Below, piece after piece: positions 53,184-62,833 of a stretch of 64,000 bases of DNA; positions within the stretch are counted from its first letter, which is position 1, and the number at the start of each line of letters is the position of its first letter. The notes below the pieces were generated by a model, which worked only from the letters and a program-made list of their open reading frames with translations, did no database searches and had not been told where the DNA came from. Origin of the DNA: a candidate division FCPU426 bacterium (GTDB taxonomy: Bacteria > Oederibacteriota > Muellerivitia > Muellerivitales > Muellerivitaceae); contig CAWKAR010000060.1 in NCBI GenBank assembly GCA_963847625.1, positions 101,904-165,903 on the forward strand, written 5' to 3'. A program made the position numbers and the translations under genes.

Positions 53184-53935
53184 CAACGGGTCCTTATACT
53201 TTGAAGTTCCACGGTGAGAATCGCCGCGCTGGCGAGGATGGAGGCTACAATAGCCCACTCTCCCAGGCTGGGCCAAGGACTGCTTTGCACCATCAGGGTA
53301 TCGCCGGGGTAAAGATAGGGTTCGTGTTCTGTTTTCCCTTCACCCGTCAAGAATTTATTCAGGTTTATTTTCATTTTAATGTCGCTATGGATGAGGATGG
53401 CGCCTCCCATATCCGTGCCAGGAAGAGGGCCTCCCGCCTCAGCCAGGGACGACAGAAGGGTGGGTCTGCCCGTGATTTGATAACGACCCGGCTTGGCCAC
53501 GTTTCCCAAAACGGAAACCCAGTAGGTATTGGATTCCTTGATCAAAACCGTCACCTTCCGGGGCTTGGAAAGAAGTTTAGCGATCTTCTCGCTGGCCGCC
53601 GCTGGGGTGAGGCCTTCCAGTTTGACGCGGCCCAGGAAGGGAAACATGATGACCCCGTCCGAATCCACCTGGTACTCGGTGGTCAGTGGAGAGCTAGTGC
53701 CGAGACCCGAAGCCCCCGAAGCGGTGTTTTCCCCGTAAACGAAGATCGACAAGAGATCCCCGGGGCCGATGCGCAGGATGGGGTATTGAGTCGCGTCGGA
53801 AACGGTTTTCACGGGTTTATTACCAGTGGCCAAAAGTGGAGTTATCGGCGCGAGGGTGAATAAAACGCACAACAGGCTCGTCCAAAAGCGCCGGTGGTTG
53901 GGGTGGGTGAGGGCAAAAGTTGTCATAATAAACAC
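53183..53935 (-). CDS. wza: Polysaccharide export protein (Wza/OPX; Poly_export + SLBB)
   Basis: IGPGDLL.I.VYGE, VDSDG...PFLG.V...GLT, GNVAKPG.Y, PGDTL. Confidence 0.88.
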   Translation of the reverse strand: MFIMTTFALTHPNHRRFWTSLLCVLFTLAPITPLLATGNKPVKTVSDATQYPILRIGPGDLLSIFVYGENTASGASGLGTSSPLTTEYQVDSDGVIMFPFLGRVKLEGLTPAAASEKIAKLLSKPRKVTVLIKESNTYWVSVLGNVAKPGRYQITGRPTLLSSLAEAGGPLPGTDMGGAILIHSDIKMKINLNKFLTGEGKTEHEPYLYPGDTLMVQSSPWPSLGEWAIVASILASAAILTVELQSIRTR

Positions 53936-54324
53936 GGTAAAACCCTTTAGAACAGTTCCCTATTTATTTTCAGCGTTCAATAACCATTACAACATTTGTT
54001 GTCATTATCATCAATAATAGGCTGTTTTATAAGGAATGTTATATACTTTTTTAAACGAAATGGGAACCGTTTTACTTAATGACCACTTTTTACCTGGAAC
54101 CTGAATTTTGCACCTAAATAATGGCCTTTCCCCCAAAGACTTCAAATCATATGTTATCTCATGGTTTTAATACGACGCCGAAGGGCGGCGCATGGCCAAA
54201 AAGGTGTTCGCTCCTTTGAATACCGACGATAGGTTGGTGATTGAGTACCTCTTTCACGAACTCAATTATGATTTTTTTATAAGGCTCTTGGTTTTCAAAC
54301 ATACCTGATCCAAAAAGAGCAAAC

Positions 54325-56733
54325 ATGACCCTATATCCCTTGAGGATTCTTTCGCTTGTGCTGGCTTTACTGGCGGTGGCCGGCTGCCGGACGGTCCCTT
54401 GGAAGGCTGGAACGCCCCCTCCCCCAGTCGCGACGCTGACTTTCGTCGGGGATGTGCTTCTCGACCATTGGCCCATCTATGACATCTACGCCCGAATCCG
54501 CGAAAAAGGGGGATGGGACGCGGTTTACGAATACCCCTTTAAAAAGGTGAAGCCTTGTTTTGAGGGAACCGTATTTTGCAACCTTGAGGGGCCCTTGACG
54601 GACCGAGGGCTCAAGTCTTTCGCGGACAAGGATGAGATATCCTACTTCTATATCGATTCCCGGTTCACCGAGAGCTTGAAACGGGGGAAATTCAATGTCG
54701 TATCGCTGGCCAACAACCACATCAAGGATTGCGGCGAGCGGGGCGTTTTGGACAGCATACGCTACCTGGCCGGTGCGGGAATCGTACCAGTGGGGGCCGG
54801 TGCCAACGCAAGAGAGGCTCGCTTACCGGCTGTTGTGGAGCAGAACGGACTCAAAATAGCCTATCTCTCCTACGACCTGGTCAAGCCGAAAAGCGTTTGG
54901 GCGGGTGAAAACACGCCGGGCGCGGCCCATGCTAGCGCCAAGGAGGTGGCGGAAGACGTCGCGGCCGCCCGGAAAACGGCCGATGTGGTGGTGGTAAATT
55001 TCCATTGGGGTATCGAGTACCGGTACGACTGGGTTGCCGCACCTCCCGACCGCGAACGCGTTAAAATAGCACATGCGGCCGTTGACGCCGGAGCCCAGAT
55101 CGTGGTGGGAGAACATTCCCACACTGTTGAAAGGATCGAAACCTACAAGAACGCCTTGATCGCCTATGGGCTGGGGAATTTCATGTTCGCTGCGCTCACG
55201 CACGAGGGGCATCCCGAAAGCATGATCCTAAAGGTGCAAGTGGGTTCCGACGGAGTGGTATCCCATGAAGTGGTTCCTGTCCTGATCTCGCCTCGGCAAA
55301 CACGCTACCAACCGGTTCCCTTAGAGGGGAAAGCCAAGAAAATTTTTATCCGGAAACTGGAAAAGATATCCAGAATTAAAAGCCCCGGGAATTTGGGCCG
55401 GAAACAAAACACCCCGCCTCCTCCCACCGTGACCCCCCCCACTCCTAGCAGGCCGGCAAACACACCGACCATGACGGTGAAAAACACCCTAACCTTTACT
55501 TCCACGATCACGGAAACCGGCACTTCAACATTCACCATTACGAATACACCTACGAACAGCCCCATTGATACCTTTTCCCCGACGCCCACAAATACACCGA
55601 CCATTACTAATACTCTGCGGGTTTCTGTTCCTCCAACGGCCACTCATACACCTACGGTTTCTCACACGCAGACCAGCACCCCGGCATTCACCATTACGCC
55701 CACTCCCACGCCCGCCCATGGCGTCGTGGTGACGACCCTGGCGGGACAATCGACTTCCGGATCAGCCAATGGTACAGGAATCACCGCATCGTTCTTTTAT
55801 CCTTATGGTGTCGCGGTTGATTCTTCCGGTAATGTTTACGTCGCGGATACGGACAACAATTTGATCCGGAAAATCACCTCCAGCGGATTGGTAACAACCT
55901 ATGCGGGGCAATTGACTTCCGGTTCAGCCAATGGGGCGAGAACCGCCGCATCGTTCGGTTTGCCACATGGAATCGCGGTTGATTCGTCAGGGAATGTTTA
56001 CGTCGCGGATACATTTAACTTTCTGATCCGGAAAATTACCAACGAGGGAGTGGTGACAACCTTGGCGGGGTCTGGTTCATATGGCTCCGCCAACGGGACA
56101 GGGCCCGCCGCATCGTTCGGTTCGCCCTATGGAGTAGCGGTCGATTCTTCCGGCAATGTTTACGTCGCGGATTCAAGAAACGATCTGATCCGGAAAATTA
56201 CCAACGAGGGAGTGGTGACAACCTTGGCGGGTTCAGCAGGGGTTACTGGGTCCTTCAACAGAACTGGGACCGCCGCATCCTTCAATAATCCCACTGGTGT
56301 CGCGGTCGATTCTTCCGGAAATGTTTATGTCGCGGACTCAAAAAACGATCTGATCAGGAAAATTAACGCTGAGGGTGTGGTGACGACCCTTGCGGGGCAG
56401 GCAGGGGTTACTGGAGCCACAGACGGGGCGGGGACAGCCGCATCCTTCAATAATCCCACTGGAATCGCGGTCGATTCTTCCGAAAATATTTACGTCGCGG
56501 ATTCTGGAAACGATTTAATCCGGAAAATTAACGATGAGGGCGTGGTGACAACCCTTGCGGGGCAGGCAGGGATTACTGGGGCCACCAACGGGTCGGGGAC
56601 CCTCGCATCGTTCTATTGGCCCTTTGGAATCGCGGTTGATTCTTCCGGAAATGTTTACGTCGCAGATTCAACCAACTTTCTAATCCGGAAAATTAAACAG
56701 ATTTCAATTAACCCAAGCAGAAGGAAGCGATAA
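54325..56733 (+). CDS. Lipoprotein: CapA/PGA_cap metallophosphatase domain + Thr/Pro linker + six NHL repeats
   Basis: LAVAGC lipobox; VGD, NLEGP, SLANNH, HWGIEY, GEHSH, YGLGNF; six (G)xAVDSSxNxYVAD units. Confidence 0.9.
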   Translation: MTLYPLRILSLVLALLAVAGCRTVPWKAGTPPPPVATLTFVGDVLLDHWPIYDIYARIREKGGWDAVYEYPFKKVKPCFEGTVFCNLEGPLTDRGLKSFADKDEISYFYIDSRFTESLKRGKFNVVSLANNHIKDCGERGVLDSIRYLAGAGIVPVGAGANAREARLPAVVEQNGLKIAYLSYDLVKPKSVWAGENTPGAAHASAKEVAEDVAAARKTADVVVVNFHWGIEYRYDWVAAPPDRERVKIAHAAVDAGAQIVVGEHSHTVERIETYKNALIAYGLGNFMFAALTHEGHPESMILKVQVGSDGVVSHEVVPVLISPRQTRYQPVPLEGKAKKIFIRKLEKISRIKSPGNLGRKQNTPPPPTVTPPTPSRPANTPTMTVKNTLTFTSTITETGTSTFTITNTPTNSPIDTFSPTPTNTPTITNTLRVSVPPTATHTPTVSHTQTSTPAFTITPTPTPAHGVVVTTLAGQSTSGSANGTGITASFFYPYGVAVDSSGNVYVADTDNNLIRKITSSGLVTTYAGQLTSGSANGARTAASFGLPHGIAVDSSGNVYVADTFNFLIRKITNEGVVTTLAGSGSYGSANGTGPAASFGSPYGVAVDSSGNVYVADSRNDLIRKITNEGVVTTLAGSAGVTGSFNRTGTAASFNNPTGVAVDSSGNVYVADSKNDLIRKINAEGVVTTLAGQAGVTGATDGAGTAASFNNPTGIAVDSSENIYVADSGNDLIRKINDEGVVTTLAGQAGITGATNGSGTLASFYWPFGIAVDSSGNVYVADSTNFLIRKIKQISINPSRRKR
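55722..56696 (+). repeat. Six intragenic NHL-coding repeats, very similar at DNA level
   Basis: Recurrent GCGGTYGATTCTTCCGGNAATGTTTACGTCGCGGA and ATCCGGAAAAT blocks about 170-180 bp apart. Confidence 0.9.
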
Positions 56734-56830
56734 AACCTTACGGTTTATAACTACCAAGAACTCTCTGTTTTTCGAAACTGGCTATGCCGTTCATCCGCCT
56801 TTTATTCACCCACGAAATACAGGGCAAAAT

Positions 56831-56866
56831 AAAAAAAGCCGTCCGAATAACAGAACGGCCTTTTTT
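56831..56866. terminator. Bidirectional intrinsic terminator between convergent genes
   Basis: A7-GCCGTCCG-AATAA-CAGAACGGC-C-T6. Confidence 0.7.
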
Positions 56867-56901
56867 AAAAGAAAGGCAAATCCCCGAAATATGGGGATTT
56901 A

Positions 56902-58431
56902 TTATTGATGAATCAACAACTCGACGCGGCGGTTCTTGTTCATATTTTCCGGCGTGTCGTTCGGGGCGGCCGGATCCTGATCCCCCTTGCCGATTGCCGT
57001 AATACGATCGCCTGAAACCCCATCCTTAATCAGCTCGGCTTTCACGGCGTTCGCGCGATGTTTGGAAAGGTTAAGATTCCACACCTTGGGCCCTCTGTTA
57101 TCCGTATTACCGCTCACAGTAACGGTTTGAGCCGGGTATGTTTTCAGCTGGTCGGCGATCTTGGCGATAATATCCACAGCCTCTGGGCGCAAGACGGCCT
57201 TGCTCGGGTTGAAGGAAATATCACCCTTCAAGATGTACTTGATCCCCTCGCTGGTTTGGGTCGTTTCCCCCAACTCCGCTAAGGCTTCGACTTCCGAATT
57301 GATCGAAGTCGTGGTCGATACTGCGGTTTGGGCCGTGGTCGCTACTGGGGTTTGGGTCGTAGCCGGGATATGAATCAACAACTCGACGCGGCGGTTCTTA
57401 TTCATATTTTCCGGCGTGTCGTTCGGGGCGACCGGATCCTGATCTCCCTTGCCGATTGCCGTGATCCTATCGCCTGAAACCCCATCCTTAATCAGCTCGG
57501 CTTTCACGGCGCTCGCGCGATGTTTGGAAAGGTTAAGATTCCAAGTCTTGGACCCTCTGTTATCAGTATTACCGCTCACAGTAACAGTTTGAGCCGGGTA
57601 TGTTTTCAGCTGGTCAGCAATCTTGGCGATAATTTCCACAGCCTCTGGGCGCAAGACAGCCTTGCTCGGGTTAAAGGAAATATCACCCTTCAAGATATAC
57701 TTGATCCCCTCGCTGGTTTGGGTCGTTTCCCCCAACACCGCTAAGGCGTCGAGTTCCGGATTGGTCGGAGTCGGAACAACCGTCTGGCTTGTTGGCGTTG
57801 GAGAAGCAGCCTGCTCCGTATTAACCGAACCGGCGGCATTGGGGGCGGCCGCCTTGGTGGCCGCTTTGGAAGTCTTCACCGGGTTGCTCAGGAAGAAACT
57901 CAGGCCGACCCTGACGTTGAGGGCTTGTAGAGAATTGACGGGGGCTCTGTTATCGTAATAATCATAGTCCACACCCATGTCGATGGCGACCGCGGGAGCG
58001 ATAAACCACCAGGCGCCGGGCCCGCCAGTGAGGTGAAAATCACCTTTCCAAAGCTTGGCGGTTTTCAAATCGACCTTGGGATTTAGCCCGCCGTCGACAA
58101 ACACATAGTATGTCCAGGAATCGCCCGGATTGATGATATAACGGGCTCCAAGATTAACGGATTCGAGAAGGCTGAGGCCGGGAGTTTGCGAGCCCCAGTA
58201 ACCCAGGGTGTCCATGCCCACTCCAACCGAGAAATTTGGATCCGGTTGATATTCGAAGAAAATCGAGCCGCCCGATCCGTTCCAATGCCCGATTTCAGTA
58301 GCACCTGCACCGGAGAGGGACCTGGAATAAATGCCATCTAAGGTTAAACTGCCGTTGTCGGCATATGCCGGTATGATTAACATCCCTAGTGTTCCAAGAA
58401 GAATTACCAACGCAAAAAGAACTTTTTTCAT
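56902..58431 (-). CDS. OmpA-family protein: beta-barrel + two tandem OmpA_C domains
   Basis: Signal peptide, barrel ending VRVGLSFFL, twice GNTDNRG..NLNLSKHRA..VK..L...NRRVE. Confidence 0.93.
   Translation of the reverse strand: MKKVLFALVILLGTLGMLIIPAYADNGSLTLDGIYSRSLSGAGATEIGHWNGSGGSIFFEYQPDPNFSVGVGMDTLGYWGSQTPGLSLLESVNLGARYIINPGDSWTYYVFVDGGLNPKVDLKTAKLWKGDFHLTGGPGAWWFIAPAVAIDMGVDYDYYDNRAPVNSLQALNVRVGLSFFLSNPVKTSKAATKAAAPNAAGSVNTEQAASPTPTSQTVVPTPTNPELDALAVLGETTQTSEGIKYILKGDISFNPSKAVLRPEAVEIIAKIADQLKTYPAQTVTVSGNTDNRGSKTWNLNLSKHRASAVKAELIKDGVSGDRITAIGKGDQDPVAPNDTPENMNKNRRVELLIHIPATTQTPVATTAQTAVSTTTSINSEVEALAELGETTQTSEGIKYILKGDISFNPSKAVLRPEAVDIIAKIADQLKTYPAQTVTVSGNTDNRGPKVWNLNLSKHRANAVKAELIKDGVSGDRITAIGKGDQDPAAPNDTPENMNKNRRVELLIHQ
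56908..57759. repeat. ~390-bp near-identical direct duplication (period 462 bp) encoding the two OmpA_C domains
   Basis: TGAATCAACAACTCGACGCGGCGGTTCTT at 56909 and 57371; similarity extends to about 57297 and 57759. Confidence 0.95.
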
Positions 58432-59011
58432 TGCCCCATCCTTTAAAATTCAAAGTTTATTCTTCATATAATCTAAATACTGCGATGAAGTTTACAACAT
58501 TTTTTATAAAAATATACGATTAACTTAAAAGCGCTTGCAGGAAGTGCGAAAAAGACTACTAAAATCGTACGTTTTAACGAAGTTTTTGGTGCCATTGAAT
58601 ATTATTTACTACCTTGAGCTTAATTGACCAAATTATGGTTAATTTGGAAAAAACAGACTGTTCCAAACGAACCATTTGAACTTCCACCTCGTTGCGTTTG
58701 TTTCCCAAATGAAGGCCTAAACGGTAATTCTTTGACTCCCAAAACCTCTAAAGCGAATTTAAAACCTTAATAAGCGGTAAATCCGACCAGGATAGGAGAA
58801 GTATTCTTTTCGATAGCTTTAAAGAAACTTCCAAACCTCATAAGGCCGTTCTATCGGTGGTTTTTCGTTAAATCACTTAAGTTTTAAATCGGTTCCCAAC
58901 TTTATTCAACCAAATACAGGGCAATAGAACTGCGGACTTTGGGTGTCTTATTCGAGTCTTTCGTAGTCGGTTTTTACCGGTTTTGACCGCCTCTGACCGC
59001 CATCAACCGCC

Positions 59012-59058
59012 AAAAAGAAAAAAGGCTTCCGGCCTAAAACTAAAATGGTCGGAAGCCT
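59012..59058 (-). terminator. Terminator-like hairpin downstream of the tRNA fragment
   Basis: AGGCTTCCGGCC / GGTCGGAAGCCT stem; T-rich tail on the - strand. Confidence 0.65.
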
Positions 59059-59129
59059 CTGAAATCCGCAAGGACAATGATTTTATTGAACTACAAATAT
59101 TTTTGAGCGGCCTCTTGAGAAATCAAAAA

Positions 59130-59178
<49 letters not shown>

Positions 59179-59298
59179 TAGTTCCACCTCTTGGATCATT
59201 TAAAAAAAGTCGCGAAAAACATTTATTGAGGCCGTTTTTACAACACACCCTCGGATGGAAAAATTTTCTCCAGTCCAAAAATGTCATATACGTGTCAT

Positions 59299-60378
59299 TC
59301 ACACTCGACCTTCGAGTGTCTTATTCACGTTTTGCAACCGCAACCTCTCCAAAGCTAGGTGGCGGTCGTCCCGGTCCACAGAGTCATAGCGTCTGAACAT
59401 GGCGGTCGTTTTATGACCGCTGATGCTCATAATAACATTATCCGGAACACCCGCTTTTCGCAGGTTCGTGACGGCGCAATGCCGAAGATCATGAAAGCGA
59501 AAATCCTTTATTCCCGCCCTCACGCAGGCCCCGACGAACGATTTCCGGATATTCCCGATAAGTTTGTTCTTAAAGGTGAATACGAACTTGCATCCCAAGG
59601 AACGCGGAATCCGGTGAAGTATTTCCAAAAGTTCATCGTTCAGAGGAATTTCCCGTTTTTCCTGGGTTTTAGTGGATTCAGCTTCCAAAACAATGACCTT
59701 GTTTTGAAAATCCACTTGGTCCCACCTAAGATGCAAAATCTCCCCTTTCCTCATTGCCGTAACATAGGCCAACTGAACGATTGGCTTCAGGTGGCTGGTG
59801 CATTGGGAAATAAGCCGCGTGTATTCATCCGGCGTCAGGGTTCTTGACCGTGGAGTCTCTTTGAAAAGTTTTAGCCCCTCAAGAGGATTCCTATCAATTT
59901 GCCTGTTCAAGACAGCCCGGCGAATAATGGTCTTTAAACAGGCGATTTCCCGGTTAAGGGTTGCGCCCTTTAATTCCCGTCCCGCTTTCAGTTTTCTGCT
60001 TCGGCGAAAAACGCAGTATTTTTCAACTTGATCCAAGGTCAGGCTTTCCAACAAACGATCCCCGAAAAATTCCTTGAGATGGACGACTAACTGTCCATCC
60101 CGATGAAAACTTTTTTTCCTGGAACGCGAAAAATCCAAAAATGCATCCGCAGCCTCGCTAAAAGTCAGCGTTGGCATTTCCAAGTCCAAGAACCGATTAT
60201 CAACAATAGCCTGCATGTGTTGGGCTAATACCTTTTTGGCCTGCACCAAAGAGATTTGTCCCAACCGGATCCTTTTTCTTCTCGTTACTCCTTCCTCCTG
60301 GACGAAATAATCCAGGAAATATCCCCCTTCATCCTTTCTTAGATGCTGAGGTAAACCGTGAACATTAGGCTTACTCAT
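59299..60378 (-). CDS. int: Tyrosine recombinase / phage-type integrase
   Basis: ATLNRE, TAMRKGE, KT, FHDLRH, SGHK, RRY: full catalytic R-K-H-R-H-Y set. Confidence 0.96.
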   Translation of the reverse strand: MSKPNVHGLPQHLRKDEGGYFLDYFVQEEGVTRRKRIRLGQISLVQAKKVLAQHMQAIVDNRFLDLEMPTLTFSEAADAFLDFSRSRKKSFHRDGQLVVHLKEFFGDRLLESLTLDQVEKYCVFRRSRKLKAGRELKGATLNREIACLKTIIRRAVLNRQIDRNPLEGLKLFKETPRSRTLTPDEYTRLISQCTSHLKPIVQLAYVTAMRKGEILHLRWDQVDFQNKVIVLEAESTKTQEKREIPLNDELLEILHRIPRSLGCKFVFTFKNKLIGNIRKSFVGACVRAGIKDFRFHDLRHCAVTNLRKAGVPDNVIMSISGHKTTAMFRRYDSVDRDDRHLALERLRLQNVNKTLEGRV

Positions 60379-60650
60379 TGTCCTCTCCTAACGTCCCTGA
60401 CAGTTGGTATTTTATCAGGATTGGCCCCAAGTTCCAAAGCAACATTCGCCGGAGGTTTATGGAACGTCCTTTGGAAATCCGAAAGCCATATCCTGGGATG
60501 TCGTCCGACTTTCACAAAAGGCAAAGTGCCGGAATTCCGCCAGAAACGGACGGTACGCACCGGCACCTTCGCCATGAGGGACACCTCATCGTCAGTCATG
60601 AGGTCATCCTTATCATTTTCCCGTCTTTTGACTGTTCTTCTCTCATTCAT
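60375..60650 (-). CDS. Excisionase / HTH_17 DNA-binding protein
   Basis: LMTDDEVS..AKVPVRTVRFWRNSGTLPFVKVGR; ATGA overlap with int; likely start 60650 with GGAG RBS. Confidence 0.85.
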   Translation of the reverse strand: MNERRTVKRRENDKDDLMTDDEVSLMAKVPVRTVRFWRNSGTLPFVKVGRHPRIWLSDFQRTFHKPPANVALELGANPDKIPTVRDVRRGQ

Positions 60651-60849
60651 TGGTCCATCTCCACAATCGCTACTATTTTTTTGATTCAATTCTTTTTTTA
60701 TTGCTTGAACCCAATTCTCAATCTTTTGGCGTTAAATAAAACGCCAAACAATAAGCGTAATTGCCTTTTCGGATTAATAAACAACGCCTTTAAACACCAC
60801 GACTCAAGATGCCGTGTTGAGTTTCAGCCTATCAAAAGTAAAGATGTAT

Positions 60850-60874
60850 AAAACGCCCATTGGTGGGCGTTTTT
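60850..60874. terminator. Hairpin with A/T tails upstream of xis-int
   Basis: AAAACGCCCA-TTGG-TGGGCGTTTTT. Confidence 0.55.
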
Positions 60875-61813
60875 AAAAGCTAGCAAATTTCAACAATAGG
60901 TAACAGGTCCATAAAAGGCCCTCTTATCACATTTAGCGTTTATTTAAATCTATCAAAAAGCGGAACCAACCAACAGGACTGGGAAGTCCTCTTATCACAT
61001 TTAGCTTTTACCAAATATTTTCCTAAGCCATTTATTTCAATTCTCCCATTTTCAGCCAAAAATAAGAACGAAAGGGCATTTCGTGTTAATTTTAACCTGG
61101 CATTAACCCCCCGAATTAAAAGTTCATCCATTCCTCCTCAAAAGCGTTTTTTCATGTTCCTTTGAATTCCATTCTCGTTTGTTTATTGATGAATAAAACG
61201 ACCGTTCCGGACGTTTTTAATGAAAACCTCCAAATTTTATTCTCGTATTATTTATCGTTAATTAAAACGACCATAACCGTCGTATTTCTTTTTCAGGCTA
61301 CTAAGAAAAATTTTTAAGAAACACCTATTCAGAACTGGGTGTTTTAATAAATATTCAAAAACGAGAATCGGAGAATTTCTAAAATACTTATTCCCTGGTT
61401 TGTTAAACCCTAACAAATCCCTGACGTTAAAAACACGGCCGCTAACGCCGTGTTAAAAATCAGACAGGCCAACCATTCTTTGAGTGGTTGAAAAACCTAC
61501 CAAATATGGTCATAAAGAAAAACCTCCCTTCAGGCGGTATTTTCAAACTATAACTAGGAGAATAAAATGTAGAAAAATCTATTTATTATTTGGAATAGCA
61601 AATATCAATCTAAGTCATAAAAAAAACCGGAATTATTACGTTATTTTCCAACTACCGCCGGAAGGAATATACACGGTTGTAACCGTTTAGTATTTGTAAT
61701 GGCTTTCTCTGTAGTAATTGGGGAATTTAAATAGAAATTGCGGTAGGTCGCGGTTCTATGAATGATCAATCAAATGTTAACGGGATCGGATTGAAACCCC
61801 AGGGGGAATGTTT

Positions 61814-62833
61814 TTAAATATTTTCGCTATTCATCTTGGACTCGATTTTTCCGCAATCCGTCATAATCTTCTCGAAACTTGGCGGGCTTTGGATCAACCC
61901 TGCTTCCGTCATTTTTCCATAATCCAAGGCTAAATCTTGGTATGCCTTTCCCTGGGGGACCAGTTGAATGTCGTCCTTGACGGCATTGAGGTAACTAATA
62001 GGTTTTCCTTTGGAGTCTTTTTCCCTGAAAAACATTTCCTTGTGCCGGGCCACCTCCTGGGCCAGGTCCTTGTCCCCAACGGCATCCTGGAAATAAACCG
62101 TTTGCGATATTTCAACCAAGTCGTACCAATGGCGGGAAAACCGCACGCTCGGGGCTTCCGCTTGCCGGCAATAAACATGGACCGCCGTGGCTTTTTCCCA
62201 AAAGGTCCTTTCAATACTCATGACATTGGGGGAGGCTTCGGGGAAGGCCAATTCCGGCATTTTGGCCGCCATATCACAGGTGATGAGTTTCTTTTCATGC
62301 GGCTCCCCGGTTGACCGCGCGCCGAACTCCAGTTGTACCGTGGGGCTGACATAACCGGAACCTTCCGTTAATGGAGGATAATTAACCAGGAGTTTTTCCT
62401 TATCAGTTCCGCTATTTGTAAACTCCGCGTCCAGCTTGCTTTGCCGGAGGGCTTCCAAGAGGATCGGCTTGACTTTCCCGGTAATCCAACCCGGCAGGCT
62501 TTTCCTGATTATATCGGACCATTTTTTCGCCATGCTGGCCGTTGCGGGAATGCCGCTTTCCCCGGCCTTGATTTCGGGAATGAATTCACGGATGTCGCAG
62601 GTCAGGTCGATGTCCTCGGAGAACCGGTTGATGGCGCTGTAGGCCTTGGAAAGCGACGTTCCGCCTTTGAAAGTGAGGACTGGTGCAATTGTTGATTGGA
62701 ACAGTGCCGACAGGGTCCAGACGACCCAGACGTCCTTTTCCAAGAGGTAGGCCGGGCGACCGATCCTTGCCGAAGCGGCCTTAAGGGCTTCTTTGCGATC
62801 CGCCCTTGAAAGGGAGAAAAAGGACTCAGCCAA
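61814..62833 (-). CDS. AbiEii/AbiGii-family nucleotidyltransferase (type IV TA toxin)
   Basis: LEKDVWV, FKGGTSLSK..I.RFSEDID, ERTFWEK, RHWYD. Confidence 0.93.
   Translation of the reverse strand: MAESFFSLSRADRKEALKAASARIGRPAYLLEKDVWVVWTLSALFQSTIAPVLTFKGGTSLSKAYSAINRFSEDIDLTCDIREFIPEIKAGESGIPATASMAKKWSDIIRKSLPGWITGKVKPILLEALRQSKLDAEFTNSGTDKEKLLVNYPPLTEGSGYVSPTVQLEFGARSTGEPHEKKLITCDMAAKMPELAFPEASPNVMSIERTFWEKATAVHVYCRQAEAPSVRFSRHWYDLVEISQTVYFQDAVGDKDLAQEVARHKEMFFREKDSKGKPISYLNAVKDDIQLVPQGKAYQDLALDYGKMTEAGLIQSPPSFEKIMTDCGKIESKMNSENI

Noticed and set aside
54159..54476. 105-aa - strand ORF
   Set aside because: Overlaps the capA start antisense and has no recognisable features
55722..57759. DGR template/variable repeat pair in the NHL or OmpA repeats
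   Set aside because: Both copies are in-frame coding, differences are not adenine-specific, and there is no reverse transcriptase in the window
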